DNA from: Neoechinorhynchus agilis | Taxonomy: Eukaryota; Animalia; Acanthocephala | Assembly (NCBI GenBank): GCA_051530055.1 | Contig: CM121342.1 | Coordinates: 9,687,480-9,751,479, forward strand | Reading direction: 5' to 3' | DNA: 64,000 bases | Part shown: positions 11,701 through 22,099 of the stretch, in pieces | How positions within the stretch are numbered: position 1 is the first letter of the stretch | Layout: the number at the start of each line of letters is the position of its first letter | Made by a program: the position numbers and the translations under genes | The notes under the pieces: model-generated | Databases searched by the model: none | Told to the model about the DNA's origin: nothing | What the model saw: the letters and a program-made list of their open reading frames with translations, nothing else

Positions 11701-12242
11701 CTTGTAGGTTACTGTATTTTATCCTGGACTAATTCTATGTGTTGAACATTGCTTGTAAGTTTTTGTTTGCAAGTGTTTAATCGCTAGCTTCTCTACCTGC
11801 TTAGAAAGCTTTCCATGACGTCACAGTTATGCACTACATTGCATAGCTCTGTCCTATGCTTTGCCCTTTAAGGGACTCCGCGAGAGGGAGTCCCCCATTT
11901 ATATCCAGGATTAAAACCTCGTCCAAACACATAAACATTGCTGACGTCATAAGACTAAGCATTTTTCACAATTTTCTATATTTTTCTCCATACATTTGTC
12001 GCTAACACACATTCTTCTTGACGTCTGTTTTCGTCATGAAACTCGATCGAACCATCATAGTTTTTGCAGCGTAAAAAGTATATCTTACTTTAAAATTGTT
12101 GATCGGACCATCATAGTCTTCACAGCATAAGAAGTTTCGTACTTTAACGTATACGCGTTATCATTTTTGAAGTGTTCTCGATCAAAATTGTGTACTATTG
12201 CGTCACTCGGGGGATATGGATGGGTGACGTGCGTCTTTAGCA

Positions 12243-12942
12243 CACAAATCCACCGGTTGAAACGATAAGTCTCAATAGTTCGCAGTTTGGTGGCTACTCT
12301 ACTATTTACGACACGTTTACCGAGAATTAAGTCGTCTGCAAATGATTTAACGCACAAGTACAGCGAGATATTAAACACTTCTGCCAACTACGCTGGTCAA
12401 TTCATTTTATAAGTAGACACTGAGCGCAGATGATGAAGTCGCCGCTGGCGGATAAATCGTCGAGAAGAAACGTAATTTCCGCGTGGAAAACCTCGTTCGT
12501 TCTCACATTTGTAATAAATCCAGACCGCCTAGTGCGCATTAGTGTTGTTGCTCCTAGGTAGGCTTCCGACTTAGAGGCGTTCAGTCGTAATCCTGCGGGC
12601 GAAGCTTACCGAGTGCTTGTACCTGATGTCCAAACCTGCGGTTCCTCTCGTACTTAGCAATCTTTTGCTCTTTCGCTCTATGCGAGGTTTCTGTCCACGC
12701 TGAGATTGCCTTAGGATACCTGCGTTAGGTTTTAACAGATGTACCGCTCCAGTTAAACTCCCAATCAGTCTGTGTTCTCAGACCAGACACTCCTTCGACA
12801 CTAAAGAAAGGATTATATATCGCAATTAGCGAATTAACGCTCGCTGAATCACTGAGTTAGTAAATGAACAATGATGGTAGTGGTATTTCACCGGCGCGGC
12901 CTCCCACCTGTTCTACTCCCATCATGTTTCTTCACAGAGACT

Positions 12943-12980
<38 letters not shown>

Positions 12981-13051
12981 TGGTTTCGCTAGGCTGCAGA
13001 CAGGGACAGTAGGAATCTCAATCACTAATTAGATGACGAGGCATTTGGCTA
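12243..13051 (-). rRNA. Isolated, degenerate 3' part of 28S rRNA (pseudo-rRNA) starting at the R2 target site
   Basis: Minus strand reads TAGCCAAATGCCTCGTCATCTAATTAGTG...GAAGACCCTGTTGAGCTTGACTCTAG...ACTGAACGCCTCTAAGTC...CATTTGCAGACGACTT...GATTTGT; short internal deletions relative to the recalled eukaryotic 28S core. Confidence 0.92.
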
Positions 13052-13640
13052 GTTAAATTTATCAAATACAACAGGCGTTCGTGAGGCCATTCCTCTGATT
13101 GTATCGCGATCATTCTTAGATTATTCCTCTTGAACGAATTGTTTTTCTTGTTCGTCCATAATTGTATCGATTGTGCATGAATGCATTGAACGCTATCAAT
13201 GACTTTTCTGCTGCTGTAAGAACGAGATTCAGCCCGGTTTTCAGATTTAGGTATAGCTTACTCAAAGTTGAGAGAAGGTTATTTGAGATGGTACCTCTGC
13301 TTCCCACGACGATAGGTACTACTTCTATTGCCTCCTTCCTTACCCCAAACACACTAGCTGTAGCGGGCCGTGTATTCTGCGGTTACTAACTCTCGTTCAT
13401 AATAGACGGCAACATCAAATACTTTTACAGCAGCGTTCCTGTTATCATACATTATAATGCCTGGCTTGAAGAGAGCTCCTGTGTCTGTTATAATTTGATT
13501 TTCGGTTCTAATATGGGCATTCTTTATTGCCGGCTTAGTATTCGCATTTTGTATGGCCCATACAAGCCTCTTCTGTACCACGTCATGTAACCTAATCATG
13601 GCTCCTGCGTTGCCTTCACAATCGTTAAGGACATGTGGAT
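13052..13640 (-). mobile_element. 3' end of an R2 retrotransposon (end of CCHC motif, RLE domain, about 65-nt 3' UTR)
   Basis: PHVLNDC...IRLHDVV, KPGII...FDVAV and VVPIVVGSRG motifs; abuts TAGCC of 28S at the canonical R2 site; frameshifted. Confidence 0.85.
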
Positions 13641-15110
13641 TGGTTTAACGGCGTTTGCTGCTCCCCTGGTTTAATAGTGGCGAATTTTATGTTGCTGGCT
13701 GCGAGCGTGTCCACGAACGTGGCATCCCAGAGAACAGATTTGCCTCCGCTCGCCACAGGAATATTGTGGCAACGTCCGGTCTATGGCGGCCATCGAGTCG
13801 GCAAAGATTGCTAGGCTATAGGATGTTGGGCGCATTCACAGTATTCAGGGCACGACTGAGAATTGCGTTCACTTCGGCGTCGTAAGTGCACCTTTCCCCT
13901 GATTGTGACAGACGAGACCATTCCATTCCGATGGCTCCACAGTCGTCCGCAATGGCAGCTGTGGGGTGTACACATCGGTACCCGAAGTCTCAGGTTCACT
14001 GCAATCCCTACTATCTCGTCGGAGAGAAGGTTATGCACAGAAGTTTTTGGGATAGCGTTGAGCCAAGCACCCGATTCTCTTGTACAGACTGCCGCCAGTC
14101 GAGTTCGGTTCACCAGGTCACGAAAATCTGAAATTAAAGAGTTATGAATTCTTGCTACCAGGGGTGAGTCCAAACTGACCGTTTGCAACCATTGACGGGG
14201 ACCTGCTCGCTGCCTGAATCTCCACACCAAAGATTAAGAGCCTCCACGAAATCTCCATCAAAAGTGTAATTCTCGCCAAGAACGGATTGAAATATTTTGC
14301 GGCTTGCTTCATCGGATCCCAAATAAGCTGGCAGAGAAATATCGGCTGCTTTTCGAATACCCAAACCGCCGGACGACCCAGGCAAGGACGCTTGATGCCA
14401 AGCCTCGTCCGAAAACTGAGTATTTAAAATTTTCTCGAGAGAGGCCTTTACCGTCTCATCTAATTTTGCCAGCTTATTCTTATGTCTAAAAAAGGTGCTG
14501 TGCGCAGCTTGTACAGTACTTTTGGAATAAAGAGGGTGTTCTTGATCAGGAACAGGGCCTCGTGTAAAGAGAATTCATCAACTCGTTTGCACAGCACCGA
14601 AAGTTGCGGTTGAAGATTGGCAATCTCTGCTTCAACATTAGAACCGAAAATGCAACTTCCTAGAAGACTCAACCGGTCAAGAATGATCAATTCTATCCCG
14701 GGAGCCGGTTCTGAAAATCGTTCACGATAGTTTGCCTGGACGCCTCATCTTTCACGTTCATCACTAATATCTCGCAATTCGCGGCATTCAATGCCAATTT
14801 TCGCCGTCTTCTTCACGAGTGTCTCAAAATCGCGCAGTACTACAGACGGGTTACCTCCGAGCGTGGCATCGTCCAGATACCAGCCGTTAAGGCTGGACTG
14901 GAGATAGTGCACGACGGGATTGATTGCGAATGAGAAAGCTATTGGTCCCAAAGGATCCCTTTGTTGATCTCCTCATTCTGATCACAAAACGTTGTCATTG
15001 AACAACAAGGGAGCTGAAGTCTCATGGGCATTAACGAAATAGCGAAATGCTTCTGGTGCGTGATATCTTACTACTTCGAGCAAATCTGCTCTGTGAACTG
15101 TGTTGAAATC
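13641..15110 (-). mobile_element. CRE-like retrotransposon RT and partial RLE, decayed
   Basis: QQGDPLGP...WYLDD, GGLGIR, RESGAWLNAIP, LRLR..C..H.C.CG and WDATFVDTLAAS motifs spread across frames. Confidence 0.85.
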
Positions 15111-15561
15111 ACGTTAAGGCTACCAAAAACACTCGTTCAATAACCGGTTTTCTTAGAACCTGCATATAGGAATTAATTCGTTATAAAAAGCTTTCCATTA
15201 TTTCGAACTTTTGATAGAAATTACAGTATCGAAAGTTGAAATAAGATATTTTCTAGCTATTGCCTTTTGATGAATGAAACTGCAGAAAATATTAAATCAT
15301 GAGGAAATTTAATCATTTTTGCGAAAAATGAGCCGCTTATGAGTTCGGAGTGATCATAGGACCTCAATCTCTAAATTTCAAGTTAAAATGAAATACTCAA
15401 TATAGTATTTCTTTGTCAAGGATGAATTCTTTAATAGCGCTGGAACCAATAGAATTGTTGTTTTTAGATCGGATTTGTCAAATTCAGTAATAACGCGATA
15501 AATCCACGCCTAAAACATCAAAAATAAATTAAGTGCCGATTTAATGTTAAGACTATTAATG

Positions 15562-15693
15562 TTATTGAATTGAACATCCGCTGCTTTTTGGAGGAGTCTG
15601 TGGACAACAATAGGGTGCGGGATACGAGTAAGTAGTTGGGTACACATTGTAGATTGGTTGAGGGTAGTAGGATCCGTAATAACCGCCGTACAT
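15562..15693 (-). CDS. 43-aa CaaX microprotein, copy B
   Basis: MYGGYYGSYYPQPIYNVYPTTYSYPAPYCCPQTPPKSSGCSIQ-stop; ends CAA TAA where copy A has CAG TGA. Confidence 0.75.
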   Translation of the reverse strand: MYGGYYGSYYPQPIYNVYPTTYSYPAPYCCPQTPPKSSGCSIQ

Positions 15694-15970
15694 TTCTTGA
15701 AATAGAGATGAAACTAAACCAAGTTGTAGATGTTTTCAAAAATGATTTTACGTCCTTTTGTAACATGTTTTCAAAAATGATTTTACGTCCTTTTGTAACG
15801 AACAGTGAGTAATTTTGAGATAATGTGTGGGTGGTTGTTATTCACGCACGTTTACAGAGCTAAATTTCTCCTTAACTTAGTCACACAAAAATATCGCTAA
15901 TTGTTCAAAATGAATAAAAGCAATAAATTAGCATTTCCAAATGACATCCGAAGATTCACCTACCTCAGAA

Positions 15971-16180
15971 TTAGTTCTCAAACGAAATACCTTTAGACAT
16001 TTGTCCTAGATTGGTAAAACTTCCGATTGGTTGTGGTAGAAATTGATTCTGACCAAAGGACGTTAAAGTGCTGCATCGACAAATCTGTGGTTGATGCTGC
16101 GGACAACACAAAGGATTAGAGTTCATGTATGGATTATACTGGAACAAATCTTGGTTCATTAATCCATATCTTATTGTTCC
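15971..16180 (-). CDS. Paralogue of the 7203-7490 Gln/Pro/Cys-rich ORF with a different 3' end
   Basis: Near-identical through NLGQMS, then diverges at a possible donor (AAAG/gtattt); the first ATG is changed to ATA. Confidence 0.4.
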   Translation of the reverse strand, partial: GTIRYGLMNQDLFQYNPYMNSNPLCCPQHQPQICRCSTLTSFGQNQFLPQPIGSFTNLGQMSKGISFEN

Positions 16181-16500
16181 ATGTCGTCTTCTTCGGCCGA
16201 TTGAAAGTTAGTGGCCCATTTTGATACCGAGCAATGATTTTAGACTAAGAACGATGATAGTCGTATTGAGAAGACTGAGTGATGATCAGTTTCCATTGAT
16301 TGTTTTATTGTAACATCATTGACTCGGATACGTTTTAATTTTTTAGATTTTATGGAAATCCCCCTTTACTGTCACTATGTTAAGCATCTTTTATGTTCGC
16401 CGTGTAAACCTCCCACAATTACTCATTTTTAAGCTCATAAAAAGCATGAACGCATCTTTTCCTTTGAGTCTTTTTCGTTTTCACCATTGTCGTATACGAC

Positions 16501-16635
16501 ATGTACAGCAGCTACTGTTACGGATCCTACTACCCTCGACCAATCTACAATGTGTACCCAACTACTTACTCGTATGCAGCTCCCTATTGTTGTCCACAGA
16601 CTCCTCCAAAAAGCAGCGGATGTTCAATTCAATAA
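16501..16635 (+). CDS. 44-aa CaaX microprotein, copy C
   Basis: MYSSYCYGSYYPRPIYNVYPTTYSYAAPYCCPQTPPKSSGCSIQ-stop; differs from A and B by an in-frame one-codon indel. Confidence 0.75.
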   Translation: MYSSYCYGSYYPRPIYNVYPTTYSYAAPYCCPQTPPKSSGCSIQ

Positions 16636-17227
16636 CTTTAATAGTCCTGTCGTTTGAGCCGAATTAAATGTGCTTTCATCTCGTAATGAATGTAGCCGTC
16701 GGGTTTTCACCTTAGCATTGATATTGCAAAAATTGTGCTTTTTTGAACTTTTTATTCGTTCATATTGCCTTACTATAACTTAATCATATTTTTTGTGGTG
16801 CAAATGCAAAGGTCTGACTTTAAAGAATTCGCGCGCTTGCACAGTAAACTCTAATGCTCAGAATATCATTGCTCATTATTAATGTTTTCGAAGATATTTG
16901 ATGGCGTGCGTTGGTATTGAACGATCTTTTTCAATACAAATGACACTTTTTAATTTTAAGCCGCCGTATCATATAGAAAATGGATTCCTTGGTGAAGGTT
17001 ATTCATTTAAATACAACGATTGGGGTTGCATTTGGCAAAAAATCTTTAGTAGAAGGCATGAGTGTTGCTTGACGTGCTTAAAGTAGTATACAAACGATGA
17101 TAATGACTCGACTAAAAACACTGAAAACGTTCATTAAGTGACTAAGGTTGCCCACCTTGAACTTAGTCACATTTAGATTACAAATGTTCTGAGAAATTTG
17201 CTTAGACATTTCTGCAACAAAATCGAG

Positions 17228-17365
17228 ATGTATCGCGGTTATTCCCAATCGATTTGTTATCCGCGATCAGGCTACAATGTGTACCCTCCATTAACCGTCC
17301 AAGTTAGGTCATATTGTCCACCATGCCCTCCCGAACGTCGTAGACGAAGATGTACGATTCAATAA
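17228..17365 (+). CDS. 45-aa CaaX microprotein, divergent copy D with polybasic tail
   Basis: MYRGYSQSICYPRSGYNVYPPLTVQVRSYCPPCPPERRRRRCTIQ-stop. Confidence 0.72.
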   Translation: MYRGYSQSICYPRSGYNVYPPLTVQVRSYCPPCPPERRRRRCTIQ

Positions 17366-17680
17366 CCTATTTGCTCAATAAATTTGGTCTGACGTATTGT
17401 TTCTTGCTTGAGGCTCCATGGATTATTTTACTCAATAAATATTTTATAAAGATTGTCGCATTCTAAACGGTCATTTCAATAGGGATGAAGAATTTACGCA
17501 GACTAGGGATTTCCCTTTGGAAGTGAACACAATTAAAATTTCGATGCATTTAATAAGCGTAAACACAATCGCCCTTCTCACCATGGGATCGAAAAAGTTG
17601 TTGTGACCAATGAAAGCCTTGTTACCATAACAACTTAATTTCGAATTTCTGCGAGTAAACTTAAAATCGAGCGACCTAGA

Positions 17681-20650
17681 ATGCATATTATACTTCTTGC
17701 TTTTATTTCGTTCATTAAACAATTAAGTTCTTTACCCATTTCAACAATGGACGCAGTTGATGAATTCATATTTTCTACGACAAAGCCGGATTATAATCAA
17801 ATAAAAGTAATGGTCGCACCTTCGCGATTGAAATATCAGCAATCCAATCAACGGGATATCACAAGAGAAAGTAAAGAATTGAGTTCCGCAACCAAAATCA
17901 CGAAATCTACGGATGTCAGCACTCAGGGAGAAGGGCCTGTAAATTTGAGCGAAAAAATGTCAATTGAATCTGGCGATAATGATCGCTTAATGAATAGTCT
18001 GGAAACAACCAAAGAAACCGCCGTGAATCCGTCGGACATTCAAAGGAGTGGCACAATGTTGCAAATTGATCAAAACACCAGTTCTACTTTGATTTCTACG
18101 GAAAGTGAAATCAGCACGGCTTCTTCTAAAGTTGAAATCACCACCTCTAACGATGCCAGCACTCAGGGAGAAGGGTTTGTTAATTTGAACGAAAAAATGT
18201 CAATTGAATCTGACGATAATGATCGCTTAATGAATAGTCTGGCAACAACCAAAGAAACCGCCGTGAACCCGCCGGACATTCAAAGGAGTGGTACGATGCT
18301 GCAAATTGATCAAAACAGCAATTCTACTTTGATTTCTACGGAAAGTGAAATCAGCACGGCTTCTTCTAAAATTGAAATCACCACCTCTAACGATGCCAGC
18401 ACTCAGGGAGAAGGGTTTGTTAATTTGAACGAAAAAATGTCAATTGAATCTGACGATAATGATCGCTTAATGAATAGTCTGGAAACAACCAAAGAAACCG
18501 CCGTGAATCCGCCGGACATTCAAAGGAGTGGTACGATGCTGCAAATTGATCAAAACAGCAATTCTACTTTGATTTCTACGGAAAGTGAAATCAGCACGGC
18601 TTCTTCTAAAGTTGAAATCACCACCTCTAACGATGCCAGCACTCAGGGAGAAGGGTTTGTTAATTTGAGCGAAAAAATGTCAATTGAATCTGACGATAAT
18701 GATCGCTTAATGAATAGTCTGGCAACAACCAAAGAAACCGCCGTGAACCCGCCGGACATTCAAAGGAGTGGTACGATGCTGCAAATTGATCAAAACAGCA
18801 ATTCTACTTTGATTTCTACGGAAAGTGAAATCAGCACGGCTTCTTCTAAAGTTGAAATCACCACCTCTAACGATGCCAGCACTCAGGGAGAAGGGTTTGT
18901 TAATTTGAACGAAAAAATGTCAATTGAATCTGACGATAATGATCGCTTAATGAATAGTCTGGCAACAACCAAAGAAACCGCCGTGAACCCGCCGGACATT
19001 CAAAGGAGTGGTACGATGCTGCAAATTGATCAAAACAGCAATTCCACTTTGATTTCTACGGAAAGTGAAATCAGCACGGCTTCTTCTAAAGTTGAAATCA
19101 CCACCTCTAACGATGCCAGCACTCAGGGAGAAGGGTTTGTTAATTTGAGCGAAAAAATGTCAATTGAATCTGACGATAATGATCGCTTAATGAATAGTCT
19201 GGAAACAACCAAAGAAACCGCCGTGAATCCGCCGGACATTCAAAGGAGTGGTACGATGCTGCAAATTGATCAAAACAGCAATTCTACTTTGATTTCTACG
19301 GAAAGTGAAATCAGCACGGCTTCTTCTAAAGTTGAAATCACCACCTCTAACGATGCCAGCACTCAGGGAGAAGGGTTTGTTAATTTGAGCGAAAAAATGT
19401 CAATTGAATCTGGCGATAATGATCGCTTAATGAATAGTCTGGAAACAACCAAAGAAACCGCCGTGAATCCGCCGGACATTCCAAGGAGTGGTACGATGCT
19501 GCAAATTGATCAAAACAGCAATTCCACTTTGATTTCTACGCAAAGTGTAATCAGCACGGCTTCTTCTAAAGTTGAAATCACCACCTCTGAGGATGCCAGC
19601 ACTCAGGGAGAAGGGTTTCCTAATTTGGGCGAAAAAATGTCGATTGAATCTGGCGATAATGATCGCTTAATGAATAGTCTGGAAACAACCAAAGTAACCG
19701 CCGTGAACCCGCCGGACATTCAAAGGAGTGGTACGATGCTGCAAATTGATCAAAACAGCAATTCCACTTTGATTTCTACGCAAAGTGAAATCAGCACGGC
19801 TTCTTCTAAAGTTGAAATCACCACCTCTAAGGATGCCAGCACTCAGGGAGAAAGGTTTGTTAATTTGGGCGAAAAAATGTCGATTGAATCTGGCGATAAT
19901 GATCGCTTAATGAATAATCTAGAACCAACCAAAGTAACCGCCGTTAACCCGCCGGACATTCAAAGGAGTGGCACAATGTTGCAAATTGATCAAAACACCA
20001 GTTCCACTTTGATTTCTACGCAAAGTGAAATCAGCACGGCTTCTAAAGTTGAAATCACAACCTCAGGTTCGCATCCTGCCGAAACAATGGAATTCAAAGG
20101 GTCTCAACCGTTCCAGAGAAGTACCGATAATGGTGTTGAGGACGATTTGAGTGTAAATGGTGCTAAATCAGCTAACGGAAGCACCGAATTCTCTTCGTCC
20201 GCTGAATTTTCTGATGCGATAGAAGGCCGTACGGCGTTCACAAGTTTCCCATTTTCCTCTAGCATCGGCGTTGCGGAATCCGTTACAAATGCAATCATTA
20301 CTGATGGAACAACATTGTCGATAAGCGAGTACCTCTCTCGGGAGAGTTCTCCGTTGCATTTAAAGAATTCCAGTTCGCTCGGATCAACTTTAACAGCACA
20401 AGTGACCGTCGCACCTAACGTTAGTTTTAATGATACAACGATGCCAAGTCTTCAGAATAAACAAGTAACCATATCAGAGAAGATGTCCATGGCAAATATG
20501 GATAATTCAAAACTCAGTAGTTTCTCAAGTGATGTTTTAAAAATGACATCTATCACTTTAAACGAAATTGCTTTTACGGAAAATGTTAGTCAAGAAGCAA
20601 TTGCATTATCGATTGAGAGTAAATCAAACATTGATGGAAAAAGTGTGTGA
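17681..20650 (+). CDS. Secreted Ser/Thr-rich mucin-like protein, 989 aa
   Basis: N-terminal hydrophobic signal and about nine 80-aa S/T/E-rich repeats. A GTGAGT donor overlaps the last codons, so a further exon is possible. Confidence 0.85.
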   Translation: MHIILLAFISFIKQLSSLPISTMDAVDEFIFSTTKPDYNQIKVMVAPSRLKYQQSNQRDITRESKELSSATKITKSTDVSTQGEGPVNLSEKMSIESGDNDRLMNSLETTKETAVNPSDIQRSGTMLQIDQNTSSTLISTESEISTASSKVEITTSNDASTQGEGFVNLNEKMSIESDDNDRLMNSLATTKETAVNPPDIQRSGTMLQIDQNSNSTLISTESEISTASSKIEITTSNDASTQGEGFVNLNEKMSIESDDNDRLMNSLETTKETAVNPPDIQRSGTMLQIDQNSNSTLISTESEISTASSKVEITTSNDASTQGEGFVNLSEKMSIESDDNDRLMNSLATTKETAVNPPDIQRSGTMLQIDQNSNSTLISTESEISTASSKVEITTSNDASTQGEGFVNLNEKMSIESDDNDRLMNSLATTKETAVNPPDIQRSGTMLQIDQNSNSTLISTESEISTASSKVEITTSNDASTQGEGFVNLSEKMSIESDDNDRLMNSLETTKETAVNPPDIQRSGTMLQIDQNSNSTLISTESEISTASSKVEITTSNDASTQGEGFVNLSEKMSIESGDNDRLMNSLETTKETAVNPPDIPRSGTMLQIDQNSNSTLISTQSVISTASSKVEITTSEDASTQGEGFPNLGEKMSIESGDNDRLMNSLETTKVTAVNPPDIQRSGTMLQIDQNSNSTLISTQSEISTASSKVEITTSKDASTQGERFVNLGEKMSIESGDNDRLMNNLEPTKVTAVNPPDIQRSGTMLQIDQNTSSTLISTQSEISTASKVEITTSGSHPAETMEFKGSQPFQRSTDNGVEDDLSVNGAKSANGSTEFSSSAEFSDAIEGRTAFTSFPFSSSIGVAESVTNAIITDGTTLSISEYLSRESSPLHLKNSSSLGSTLTAQVTVAPNVSFNDTTMPSLQNKQVTISEKMSMANMDNSKLSSFSSDVLKMTSITLNEIAFTENVSQEAIALSIESKSNIDGKSV
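17918..20050 (+). repeat. 240-bp coding tandem repeat, about 9 copies
   Basis: cagcactcagggagaa recurs every 240 bp. Confidence 0.97.
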
Positions 20651-21094
20651 GTGATATGGAAAAAATTGCTCTTTCTTTTTTAATACCATTCTTTGATGAA
20701 TCAAGAGTGAGAAAGTGGATTTTACAAATTGCCTTAAAATTAAGAATTCGCAAAGCAAATTTATTTGTAACTGAAACAAAACCTTATAGGAAAATACTAC
20801 AAAATTGTTCATTAATGACAGCGCCTGAAGTTTTCAGCACTGAAAAAAGTTGTTTGAACGTAATTTTCAACTGATTTCTTTGATTGAATTTGATATCATT
20901 ATGCTTTTACTGTAAACGTCAAATGTAAATGACTGCGCGAATAAAATAGGCCTTTAAATATCAATTTAATTTTAATCAGTTTAACAAATAGGAACTTTAT
21001 TCTTAATTCCTGCAAGCACGATTGTAAAAATGGTTTCTATGGAAATTCTAGCCGCCTAAAGTTCGAATATAAATAAAATGACAATCGTATTTAA

Positions 21095-21505
21095 ATGCCA
21101 TCGCAAAGTCGTCACATTCTTGCAATTTTAAATATTTTGCAGGTTATTTCAGGTGTCATCGCGCTTCTTTTCTTTTCAATCCCACACAAATGCATCTATT
21201 CGGGCGGATTCAATGTTTATCTCCTTGAATATGGAATAGTCATGTCTGCAACAATTGTATCAGTATTCATAGCTCTTTATGGCAAAAGAAACGAACTGTC
21301 CGATCAACGATTTTTAGCGATATGGGCTATATGCATTGGAGATATTGCTTTACTAGTCGGAACAGTGACTCTGTTTATAGGCGTTAGAGAACCCTGCAGC
21401 AATATTTGGGCTGGTGGCATGTTCGCGTTTTGTATGGCTGTATTTTTCTTGATTGAAGGAACGATAAGGGTTTATAGTCCAGCCGAGACGAACGAACAGA
21501 ACTAG
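21095..21505 (+). CDS. 136-aa four-transmembrane protein (MARVEL-like topology)
   Basis: Four hydrophobic segments, short loops and an acidic tail; family assignment from topology only. Confidence 0.7.
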   Translation: MPSQSRHILAILNILQVISGVIALLFFSIPHKCIYSGGFNVYLLEYGIVMSATIVSVFIALYGKRNELSDQRFLAIWAICIGDIALLVGTVTLFIGVREPCSNIWAGGMFAFCMAVFFLIEGTIRVYSPAETNEQN

Positions 21506-21609
21506 AATGATCGATTCTAATAGAGCAACAAAAATATTAGATTGATCTGGTGCGACAATGTGGTTGCGCCTAATTTGAAATATTTACTTAATTTAAATCG
21601 CTTTTTTTC

Positions 21610-21900
21610 GAATGCATAAATTTATTTGTATACAATTTATCTAGGCATTGTTTACAACCTCTCCGCTCCTATTCATCGGCGCCGGCCAAAATGCTAGCCG
21701 CATTGCCCCACTGCACCGCAATGCTTATTTTTTGGGCTAGGAACGAAGTCGATCTTGGCTCTCCAGTCGCCGCGTTGATTCGTTCCCCCAAGTCCTTCAC
21801 GAGGGCCAGTGCCGACCCTCCCAACGCCCCATACGTTTCCACAACGAAGAGGACAAAATGGTAGTTTCGCATTAGCTATCTGTATTCCGAGCATTTCTGC
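21610..21900 (-). mobile_element. 3' fragment of CRE-like element
   Basis: FVVETYGALGG...KISIAVQWGNAASIL followed by AATAAA and an A-run. Confidence 0.8.
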
Positions 21901-22099
21901 TCCTAAAAAATTGAAATCGCTTATAAATACATTTCCATAAAGAATAAGAAGGGTTTTATGGTTGGATTTTAATGACGCGGGTATTAGTCTTAGAAACTTG
22001 AACGAGGTTCATTTATGAAAACATCCAAAAGATTGAGCAGCGAGTCATTTTTGTCTGTTATTGTTGGACTGTTTTTAAATCCATAAAGTATTAATTTAT

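Noticed and set aside
11860-11910. GC-rich hairpin gggactcc...ggagtccc with a CTCTCGC loop, resembling an HDV ribozyme L3 or an LTR leader
   Set aside because: No P2 or nested pseudoknot could be built; it is a simple stem-loop at the CRE/rDNA-spacer border.
12085-12387. 100-aa ORF from the track
   Set aside because: Overlaps the 28S 3' end and spacer; chance ORF.
6682-16667. Track ORFs 6682-6948, 15518-15766 and 16377-16667 as genes
   Set aside because: Off-frame shadows of the CaaX genes; their frames and ends are not conserved between copies, whereas the short frame is.
17918-20050. CRISPR-like array
   Set aside because: Contiguous in-frame 240-bp coding repeats without unique spacers, in a eukaryotic gene.
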